Below, in pieces: positions 18,302-26,768 of a stretch of DNA of 31,990 bases. The stretch is taken from contig PPNB01000013.1 of assembly GCA_003707115.1 (NCBI GenBank), forward strand, positions 186,001-217,990, written 5' to 3'. Source of the stretch: Tortispora ganteri (lineage: Eukaryota). The stretch's first letter is position 1. Each line of letters starts with the position of its first letter. The notes under the pieces were generated by a model. That model had not been told where the DNA came from and ran no database searches. It saw nothing but the letters and a program-made list of their open reading frames with translations. Both the position numbers and the translations under genes were made by a program.

Positions 18302-20197
18302 ATGTCTGCTCCTCTTAAACACAATCCTGATCCCGTGTTAGAGGCTTCACACGAACATCGCCATGAGCACATCCACCACGGATCGCATTCTGATAATGTC
18401 GATATCGTATACGCTCACGACAATCTTATAGAACGACCCGTATCACCGCTAGATGAAGCATCTGCGCAGCGTCGCTCGTTCGTTGAAGAACACACTTACC
18501 CCATCGACCTGAAGCACAACGACTCAGGCGATCTCGAAAAGGGTATGCATACAACTTCTAGTAACGAGCTCTCTGTTCACGAAGAAGATATATCTGATCG
18601 GAAATCAAAAAAGAGCTTCAGAAATTTGTTCATCAAATACAGATTATATGTTCACATTTTCGTATGGGCATTCTTCACCGCATGGTGGATCTCCATACTT
18701 GCTCAAGACAAATGGCGGCACGAATGGCTCGTACCGACCCTCATCTATATCTGTATTTTTATTCGCATGTTAACTTTTCACGTCAAAGCAAGTTATGTCC
18801 TGTACTTTCCACGAATCATTTGGAACTGGTACATCGAAAATATACTTGTTAGAGTTCCTGGTGTCCTTCGTCTGCCAATCGGCGGTCTGATCACTATCGC
18901 CGTAATCCTTATTGGTACTTTCTGCACTCCCTCAACCCCGCAATCAACTCACGCCTATCGAGCAATTTCTTTCTTCGGTTGTGTCGTCGCTATATTTGGC
19001 CTTTTTGTCACTTCTCGCAACTGGCGTATAGTCAAATGGCACACTGTTATCGTCGGGATGCTTCTGCAATACCTTATTGCTTTGTTCGTCTTAAGAACTA
19101 AGGCTGGTTACGATATCTTTAATTTCGTCTCGACCATGGCACGCTATCTCTTAGGATTTGCCGAAAAGGGTGTTGCCTTTGTTACAACTGAAGAAGTAGC
19201 CACGTTGCCCATGTTCTTCTTCTCCGTCCTCCCGGCAATCATGTTCTTTATCGCCTTCATCCAGATGCTCTATTACTGGGGTTTTATCCAGTGGATTGTA
19301 GTAAAATTTGCTTATGCCTTTTTCTGGGCAATGAAAGTGTCCGGTGCTGAAGCAGTAGTGGCAGCTGCCTCTCCTTTCATCGGACAGGGAGAATCTGCAA
19401 TTCTCATCCGTCCTTTCATTCCTCATCTCACACGTGCTGAAATTCATCAGATTATGTGCTCTGGTTTTGCTACAATTGCCGGTAGTGTTTTGGTTGCCTA
19501 TATTGGCATGGGTATCAATCCTCAGGCTCTGATATCTTCCTGCGTTATGTCTATTCCGGCCTCGCTTGCCACCTCAAAGCTTCGCTATCCCGAAACCGAA
19601 GAGACTTTAACTGCTGGAAGGATTGTTGTTCCTGACGACGAAGAAGACCAAGCTGTAAGTGCTTTCCATGCGTTCTCTAATGGTGCTTGGATGGGTCTGA
19701 AAATCGCTGGTGCCATTATTGCCAATATGGTATGTATCATAGCTATTGTCGCACTTATCGATGCCCTCTTGGGTTATTTCGGACATTTCTGGAACATTAA
19801 TGATCCGCCACTTAGTTTGACCATGATTTTGGGATACGTATTGTATCCTGTCGCGTTCTTACTCGGTGCTCCATTTGATGAATTATACCCCATTGCCCAA
19901 TTGTTGGCTACCAAGTTTATCCAAAACGAATTTGTCGCATATGCTCAGCTCGTTACTATGAACCTATCTCCTCGTGGAACTCTCCTTGCAACGTATGCTC
20001 TTTGCGGATTTGCTAATCTTGGTTCCGTCGGTAATCAGATTGGTGTGCTCTCGCAGATCGCTCCTGGCCGCAGCGGTGATATTGCAACTGTTGCCTTTTC
20101 TGCCTTAATCACAGGCTATATTTCAACCTTGACATCTGCGGCTGTTGCAGGAATGACTATGGCCGATGTAAGCCACTTTTCTGCATCTGCTAGTTAA
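18302..20197 (+). CDS. CNT: Concentrative H+/nucleoside cotransporter (CNT/SLC28 family)
   Basis: 631 aa, many TM helices; FFFSVLPAI.FF, SGAEAVVAAASPFIGQGES, M.SGFATIAGSVL, SCVMSIPASLA.SK..YPE, NEFVAY, YALCGFANLGS.G.QIG. Confidence 0.95.
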   Translation: MSAPLKHNPDPVLEASHEHRHEHIHHGSHSDNVDIVYAHDNLIERPVSPLDEASAQRRSFVEEHTYPIDLKHNDSGDLEKGMHTTSSNELSVHEEDISDRKSKKSFRNLFIKYRLYVHIFVWAFFTAWWISILAQDKWRHEWLVPTLIYICIFIRMLTFHVKASYVLYFPRIIWNWYIENILVRVPGVLRLPIGGLITIAVILIGTFCTPSTPQSTHAYRAISFFGCVVAIFGLFVTSRNWRIVKWHTVIVGMLLQYLIALFVLRTKAGYDIFNFVSTMARYLLGFAEKGVAFVTTEEVATLPMFFFSVLPAIMFFIAFIQMLYYWGFIQWIVVKFAYAFFWAMKVSGAEAVVAAASPFIGQGESAILIRPFIPHLTRAEIHQIMCSGFATIAGSVLVAYIGMGINPQALISSCVMSIPASLATSKLRYPETEETLTAGRIVVPDDEEDQAVSAFHAFSNGAWMGLKIAGAIIANMVCIIAIVALIDALLGYFGHFWNINDPPLSLTMILGYVLYPVAFLLGAPFDELYPIAQLLATKFIQNEFVAYAQLVTMNLSPRGTLLATYALCGFANLGSVGNQIGVLSQIAPGRSGDIATVAFSALITGYISTLTSAAVAGMTMADVSHFSASAS

Positions 20198-20564
20198 ATC
20201 TTTAGCAATAACATAGGCTTAAAAACTGAGTCATACAGAGAGAGACTCCCAGGCTTACACCACATGTATAATTGCACTCCTGTGTACCGACACCCTTCAT
20301 ACCGTGAATGGCTTTGCAAACTAAGGAAAAAAGTTTACATGAAATATAGGTTAACTTACTTAATGGAAGCACAGTAAAAATAAAATTTGGTGCATGTTTT
20401 AAATGTTGATTTCACGACTTTATAGGCAGTAGAACGACCCTTTTTGAACTTTAATTTAATTAAGCTTTTTAGTGCTGCTAGCTGACACCGAGACACTCTT
20501 TTGTTCAACCAGACTGCTGTAGCACTATATACGAGGAGTCAATAGGACGATCCTGGTGGCACAT

Positions 20565-22841
20565 ATGTGGTTAGCTTTGCTGGTACTAATACTTGTACAC
20601 GTTAGTGCATTGTACCACAGCGATTACGATTCTAGAGAGTATATAGCCGTGGAGCTGGACCCATCGTATGATCCGGAGAAGCACCTTGCACAGATATTCA
20701 ATGAGTCGCATTTCCCTGATATCCGGCATGAGATCGCGCTGTCGATTGATAACCATCATCTTGTGTCATTTGATAAACAGCTGCTAAAGCGCTCCGTAGG
20801 GGTTGTAACTGTTTCAGACCGTGAGATCATGCGACTGCCACCTATCAGGTTTGCACAAACACAGAAACTACGCCAAAGGTTCAAGAGAGACGCTGCAGTT
20901 GACTCTGAAACAGAGTACATGCACTCAGTCATGGAAGAATTTGATATAAACGACCCGGAGTTTATGTCGCAATGGCATATTATAAATCCTAGAGACAGGC
21001 GATTTGAGCTGAAAGTCGTCGACGTTTGGAGACAAAATATCACCGGACAAGGTGTAGTTGTAGCTCTGGTTGATGATGGTGTTGACATGACATCACCAGA
21101 TATTGCTGAAAATTTCTTTTTAGATGGGTCTTATGATTTTAATGATCACCAGAAGGAGCCACAGCCAAAGCTCAGAGAAGACAGACACGGTACAAGGTGC
21201 GCGGGTGAAGTTGCCGCAGTCAAGAACGACTTCTGCGGTGTTGGCGTGGCATATAATGCTAAGGTCGCAGGAATAAGAATTTTGTCGAAAGCAATATCGG
21301 ATGCTGATGAAGCAATCTCGCTAAACTATGCGATGGACGTGAACGACATCTACTCATGCTCATGGGGTCCCCGCGACGACGGAAAGACGCTGGAAGGCCC
21401 CTCAGAGTTGATCCGACGAGCGTTTAAAAACGGAGTAGACAAAGGACGACAGGGAAAGGGCTCTATATTTGTGTTTGCATCTGGAAATGGCGGCTCACGC
21501 GGCGACAACTGCAATTTTGATGGCTACACGAACTCCATATACTCAATCACCATAGGTGCTATTGACCATCAGGGCTTGCATCCGAGCTATTCTGAAGACT
21601 GTTCTGCTTTGCTAACTGTCTGCTACTCTTCTGGATCTGGCGAGTACATACACACAACAGACGTTGGAGAGACGTGCACGAACCACCACGGTGGCACATC
21701 CGCGGCCGCTCCGCTAGCATCTGGTGTCTTTGCTCTGGTTCTTTCTGCGAGGCCTGATCTTACCTGGCGTGATCTTCAGTACATAGCTATAGAAGGAGCT
21801 ACGCATGTGGACAACCCCGACGCTAGATGGCAAAAAACTGCATCCGGTAGGTTGTTTTCCCACAGATACGGTTACGGCAAGATGGACGCCAATAAAATGA
21901 TCGATATTGCAAATACTTGGAAACTTGTTGGTCCGCAAACCTCTCTTGTGAAGATAAATGAGAAAGTTAACGGTGAAATTCCTGCGACTGCGGAAGTAAA
22001 CAACGCTCTGACTTCAGTAATAACAATCAGCGAAGAAGATGTCAAAGCTGCGTCTTTGGCACGAGTGGAACATGTGAATGTGCTTGTTGATATTGAACAC
22101 GCTGTTCGTGGCGACGTATCAGTATACCTGATCAGCCCGGAGAATGTAGTATCCGAGATTGCGCCCTTCCGAAATCGGGACAATTCTCCTGAGGGAATGC
22201 GCAACTGGACATTCATGAGTGTAGCTCACTGGGGTGAATCAGGCATAGGAAACTGGACTCTGCGCGCTGTTCTGGAGAATGATAAACATGGTATGGGTAA
22301 ACTGAATCACTGGGGCCTCACTTTATGGGGAGAATCAGGTAAAGTTGAAACTGAGCCGTCTTCCTCTATTCAAGTACCAGCGACTACATTGCGCACGTCG
22401 TTTACATCTTCGCTGATCTCTCCGACAAGCGATGTTGCTAACACTAACACTACTTACGGTGACCACAAAGATACGTTCTATGGACTACCGCTGTTTGGGC
22501 TCTCGGCCAAATCAGCTACATGGCTCTACGGAGCACTGATACTAATATCCTGTTTCATTGCTGGATTGGTCATATACTTTGTCATAACTGCTATATGCAG
22601 ACGAAGACTTCACAGAAAGATGACTGACGGCTCTTACGATGTACACGATGCATACGAGTTTGGGCTTTTACCAAGTCATGAAGAAGATTCTGATATCGAA
22701 GACAGTGACAACTTCTCTATCGTCGATTCACAAGGCGAAACAATTAGACGAGATGGACCTCTAGTACCTTCTGCAGATGATCCGCATGTATTTGCTGTGA
22801 ACGATTCGGACGATTCGGACCAATCACAAGATGATAGGTGA
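20565..22841 (+). CDS. KEX2: Kexin, Golgi subtilisin-like proprotein convertase
   Basis: Signal peptide from ATG 20565; prodomain ending RFKR; catalytic VDDG, HGTRCAGE, GNGG and GTSAAAP; P domain (EHV.V.V.I.H..RGD; WTFMSVAHWGE); S/T region, single TM helix and acidic tail with YEF. Confidence 0.97.
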   Translation: MWLALLVLILVHVSALYHSDYDSREYIAVELDPSYDPEKHLAQIFNESHFPDIRHEIALSIDNHHLVSFDKQLLKRSVGVVTVSDREIMRLPPIRFAQTQKLRQRFKRDAAVDSETEYMHSVMEEFDINDPEFMSQWHIINPRDRRFELKVVDVWRQNITGQGVVVALVDDGVDMTSPDIAENFFLDGSYDFNDHQKEPQPKLREDRHGTRCAGEVAAVKNDFCGVGVAYNAKVAGIRILSKAISDADEAISLNYAMDVNDIYSCSWGPRDDGKTLEGPSELIRRAFKNGVDKGRQGKGSIFVFASGNGGSRGDNCNFDGYTNSIYSITIGAIDHQGLHPSYSEDCSALLTVCYSSGSGEYIHTTDVGETCTNHHGGTSAAAPLASGVFALVLSARPDLTWRDLQYIAIEGATHVDNPDARWQKTASGRLFSHRYGYGKMDANKMIDIANTWKLVGPQTSLVKINEKVNGEIPATAEVNNALTSVITISEEDVKAASLARVEHVNVLVDIEHAVRGDVSVYLISPENVVSEIAPFRNRDNSPEGMRNWTFMSVAHWGESGIGNWTLRAVLENDKHGMGKLNHWGLTLWGESGKVETEPSSSIQVPATTLRTSFTSSLISPTSDVANTNTTYGDHKDTFYGLPLFGLSAKSATWLYGALILISCFIAGLVIYFVITAICRRRLHRKMTDGSYDVHDAYEFGLLPSHEEDSDIEDSDNFSIVDSQGETIRRDGPLVPSADDPHVFAVNDSDDSDQSQDDR

Positions 22842-22949
22842 CAAGCCATAGATATAATGCGTTAGATGTGTTTCAATGACAAGTATCATGAAATTAAACA
22901 AAAGATAATTACGTAAAATAAAAAACAAGCGAACATAATATAATCTCGA

Positions 22950-25358
22950 TTATTTGCGCCTTTTGCGATCACGTTTTTCTCTCTCGTACTTGTTCTTTTC
23001 AGCACCTTCCTCCGTTTGTATTGACCGATGCAATCTACTAAGTTCCGCATGGTACTCTGCATCGCGCTTACGTTTGCTCTGTATCTCCTGCTCAGCAACA
23101 AATTTCTGCTCTTTTCGAACTTCACGAAGAGCAGCTTTGCGTTCTTGTTTGACCTGGTATCGCAGCTTACTAAGCTCTTGGGCCTGTGGGTCTGAATTCT
23201 TCGATTTGCGATCTATAGAATAGTTCGGATCAAACTTAGGCGCAAGTGTCCGAATAGGAATAGCTCTATGTGTTTGCAGTGATAAAGGCTTTCGTTCCTT
23301 TTCAGCCATCTTCGCAAGACGACGGAGCGAATCTAACTCTTTGAGGTAACGTTCAGCAGATGGAACATAGCCTTGGAACTCTTCAACGACAGAAACCCAC
23401 GCACCAACAAATTCTGGTTTAGAGGAGAGATCAGCCCATGTTTTCGCAGCAGTAAGCATCAGCTCTGAGCATTTCTTTATCATAGCAGAGTACACAGAGG
23501 GGGTATCTGCAAGGCTCAAAAAATCTATACCCAGTTTACAGGGTTCTTCAAGTTCTCCCTTAAAGCCCAGTGATTTGACAGATGTCTGCATCAGGAGAGG
23601 ATGAGAGATTAACTTAGGAGACAGTGTTGCAAAGAATCGTAGGAAGAACTGCGATACTTCAGGAATGTATCGCTTAGATATGCGCTGATACTTAAGTAAG
23701 ATCTGAGTAACAAATAAACCGCTAGCTAATTCAGAAACAGACTGAAAGGGGCACATTGTCAAATATTCAGTCATTAATAAGTTAGAAGGGGTAATAATAA
23801 CGTGATAGTGATCAGAAGTAGGGTATATTACTCCACATATTGACAATAGAACCAAGTGGTAAGAAGATAAAGTCCAATCCGTCGAGAAATCTCTGATTGA
23901 GTTGGCAATATCAGCAATAGCTTTCCGCATGGTTAGCATAGTCGCATCAGGATATGCTCGCACTATTTGTTTTATAGCTGAAGTAAAGGAGTCAATAATC
24001 AGATTCGGTGATTCGAGGTCGCGATCTAGTGTCTCCTTTAGTAACTTGAGAATATGAGCTAAAGAAGCAATTTGCATATCTTTATTAACAGCTCGTAAGT
24101 TTGCTGATTTTGATTTCAAAAAACCAGAGAGAATAAACGGATACTGATTCACATCTGATTTTTTGAATAGTTGCTTGAAGGAATCATAGTTGAGATCATC
24201 TAATGACTCGAGCGTATCGTAAATGTTGGTTTCGAATAGTCCAGGTCCTTCGTCGTCCAAAATATCTTCTATTTCAGAGTATGAGCCACTTTCACCCGAG
24301 TCAGTTCCCGAGTCAGTTCCCGATTCATTGTCTGAATTTATTAATGGTTCACCTTCGGTATCGTCTAAGCCGAGACCGAATTCCGAGGCTTCATTAGCAT
24401 AAACATCATTATCGTCATCAAGATGATCGGGGTTATCATTATAGTCGTCATATATATCATCATTTTCTTGCATTCCGTTCATTCGGGCAATTCTTTGCGC
24501 TTCAAGTTCTTTCATTTTCTCCTGATACCGTTTCTCAATTTCTTCTTTCGTTAAGGTGGGTTCAGTGGGCGCCGTACGACGGTCAAGAGCAAGATCACGA
24601 ATTGTATTTTCATAGGCATCTTTATCGTCGTTAGTTTTCCTTTCGCGACCCAGGTTGTCAGAAAGAGCGTCACGTATAAGATCAAACTCGTTATCGAGTT
24701 TTTCAATTTCATCAAGATCAATTTCTTTTTGTTTCTGTCTTTCGTACTTGTACTTTTTCGATTTCGCCATAACCTCCTGCATTATTTCATGCTTAGATTT
24801 TGGCTGACTATCAGAATCGCTATGTGTGTCGCTTTCGTAATTTACCTGCTCAACAGCAGCATCGAACGAGAGTGACTCTCCCATATGCGTCAAAAGGCTC
24901 GATTCTTCTTCTTCATCATCAAGATTAAACAGTGACGATTTGGAAGGTTTTGCAGAGTTAATGCGACGTTCGTGTGCAAATCTTTCAATCATTTTCTCTT
25001 CAGGTGTCAAGTTAACATCATTCTCACCAAATCGTCGGTCGATAATCCCACCAATTTTGCCTTTCTTCTCTACTAGCTCCTCAAACTGCGCTTTTCGAAG
25101 TTCAAGCTCAGCTTGCTTTCTTTCAGATGGACGGCCTTCTGATCCCTTAACTCTGCGGCCACCAATATCGTGGTGTTCTTTGTTCTTTTTCACATCAAAC
25201 TTGTTGAACTCCGATCGGATCTCGTCGAGTCTCTCTTCACGATCGTCCCGAGGCAGAGCCGACGCTCGTTTCTTGCCTTTCGTTTTCACATTAGTCTGAC
25301 CAATAAATCCAGCCTCCTTAAGGCGATTCCGCAATTTTTTCAGTTGCGATCCAGCCAT
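22950..25358 (-). CDS. NOP14: Nucleolar protein 14, SSU processome / 40S biogenesis
   Basis: MAGSQLKKL, K.GGIIDRRFGE.D..LTPEEKM.ERF..ER, LTH.G.SL, KSK.E.M.EV.AKSK.YK.ERQ, YPTSDHYH.IITP, SKRYIPE and K.ERK.ALRE.RK. Confidence 0.95.
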   Translation of the reverse strand: MAGSQLKKLRNRLKEAGFIGQTNVKTKGKKRASALPRDDREERLDEIRSEFNKFDVKKNKEHHDIGGRRVKGSEGRPSERKQAELELRKAQFEELVEKKGKIGGIIDRRFGENDVNLTPEEKMIERFAHERRINSAKPSKSSLFNLDDEEEESSLLTHMGESLSFDAAVEQVNYESDTHSDSDSQPKSKHEIMQEVMAKSKKYKYERQKQKEIDLDEIEKLDNEFDLIRDALSDNLGRERKTNDDKDAYENTIRDLALDRRTAPTEPTLTKEEIEKRYQEKMKELEAQRIARMNGMQENDDIYDDYNDNPDHLDDDNDVYANEASEFGLGLDDTEGEPLINSDNESGTDSGTDSGESGSYSEIEDILDDEGPGLFETNIYDTLESLDDLNYDSFKQLFKKSDVNQYPFILSGFLKSKSANLRAVNKDMQIASLAHILKLLKETLDRDLESPNLIIDSFTSAIKQIVRAYPDATMLTMRKAIADIANSIRDFSTDWTLSSYHLVLLSICGVIYPTSDHYHVIITPSNLLMTEYLTMCPFQSVSELASGLFVTQILLKYQRISKRYIPEVSQFFLRFFATLSPKLISHPLLMQTSVKSLGFKGELEEPCKLGIDFLSLADTPSVYSAMIKKCSELMLTAAKTWADLSSKPEFVGAWVSVVEEFQGYVPSAERYLKELDSLRRLAKMAEKERKPLSLQTHRAIPIRTLAPKFDPNYSIDRKSKNSDPQAQELSKLRYQVKQERKAALREVRKEQKFVAEQEIQSKRKRDAEYHAELSRLHRSIQTEEGAEKNKYEREKRDRKRRK

Positions 25359-26384
25359 AGAGAATTTAAGTGTTTATTTAACGAGCTGTTTGTGCCTCTC
25401 TCTGTCTGCCTGTTATTACACTTAATTTTGATTCTTTAGGTTTTTTTTTAAAAAATACAAATACCCTAACCCCACCAATTATTCCTGCACATAAGTTGAC
25501 TATTGCTGCTACGGTTCAACTAATACTGCCCTTTTATGTCTCTGAAGCGGATCACTAGAATTATCTATATGCTCAATTTGTGATCAAAATCTGGTAATTG
25601 TCCAAATTGGGTGATGCTGTACTATTGAGCTACACTAAAACTGGGGCGTTCAACTTAACCGAGCTACTACTACCAACATTTTACCAGAATCAATGATTTC
25701 TTGCATAGCCTCAATATTTCAGGCTGACCTTTGATATGTCGTCAGTGGGACTAAATAAAAGTACATAATCGAATAGCGAATAAGGGTAGGTAGATAATGC
25801 TATTCGTCAATAAATACTCGCAGTTGACTCCGAATATAAGCCTTCAGTATACAAGCAATCTATCAATGATGATCTTCCAGGTAACACAAGATGACCTTAT
25901 CTTATAAAGGTATAGATTCTTGAACTACTTCTTTTATTCTTAATGTCATGCACAACTAGGCGGGCTCAAGATCATAATACAGAAACTCCAATCGCAATAC
26001 AACTACTTCTTCCTCTCTGAATTATGCAACAGTACTAGTCTCTAAGAATAATGTACTTTCTAGCACATTTACAGAGCATTGGTCCCTGTTTGTGCGTACA
26101 ACAGGTGTCGGACCTGCAAACTTGGGATCTTCCTAACCATACAAGTCCACTGTGATGCAGAGGAGGGAACAGGAGGGATGAATTCAGGACGAGTACATCA
26201 GTTAGAGAGGCCAGTCCGGTACCTTCTGAATATCAGGGATCAATAAGAACGATTCTTAAGGTATAGATGATAAATAGATATTAATATCTAGTCTTAGAAT
26301 AACGCTAGATGTAGTTTTAATAGTACATACCTGAATTGATAATAGTGTTCCTATATCTGGGAGAAACCTTACTACCGTTTAATC

Positions 26385-26755
26385 ATGGAGAATTTGATCA
26401 ATCCAGTATTTAATGAAACACTGACTAACAATTATAAGGTAAATAAATTTAAAAGTAATTTCATGTGGTTAACTAACATGTAATTCAGGCTTTAAAACGT
26501 ATAAGATTTATAATTGCGCCATTAGCGGGCGTATGTGCTGGATTGCTTCGTTTGCAGTCTTTTTATGGATTTGCCTTCTATCTTTGTGTTTATTTGTTTA
26601 CAACGTTGCTATTGGCTTTAAAGACGAAATTTGAATTGAGTCAATATTACATGAGTAATACTGACGTGTTATTTACTGGACTTACCGACTCATTATCGTC
26701 ATTTGTGATGGTGTGGATAATGTTCTACACTTACGCGGGACAAGGAGCAGTGTGA
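26385..26755 (+). CDS. EMC6: ER membrane protein complex subunit 6; two exons 26385-26438 and 26489-26755 (106 aa)
   Basis: Spliced product MENLINPVFNETLTNNYK|ALKRIRFIIAPLAGVCAGLLRLQSFYGFAFYL...K.....YY.S...LFTGLTDSLSSFVMVWIMFY matches the EMC6/TMEM93 pattern (G..AG.L.L....GF.FY; F...W...Y). Phase-0 intron GTAAAT...ACTAAC...CAG. Confidence 0.88.
26439..26488 (+). other. 50-nt spliceosomal intron of EMC6
   Basis: Donor AAG|GTAAAT at 26439, branch point ACTAAC at 26472-26477, acceptor CAG at 26486-26488. Removal fuses an ATG-initiated 18-codon exon in frame with the EMC6 body. Confidence 0.85.
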
Positions 26756-26768
26756 CCGAAGATAAATA

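Noticed and set aside
20565..22841. Functional cluster of KEX2 with the orphan secreted proteins (toxin/peptide processing)
   Set aside because: KEX2 is more than 10 kb away among unrelated housekeeping genes, and neither orphan contains a KR or RR site.
24295..24323. 12-bp tandem duplication in NOP14 (SGTDSGTDSG)
   Set aside because: Ordinary slippage within an acidic disordered linker.
25675..25695. TTTTACCAGAA resembling U5 snRNA loop I
   Set aside because: The invariant GCC before the U-tract and the closing stem are missing.
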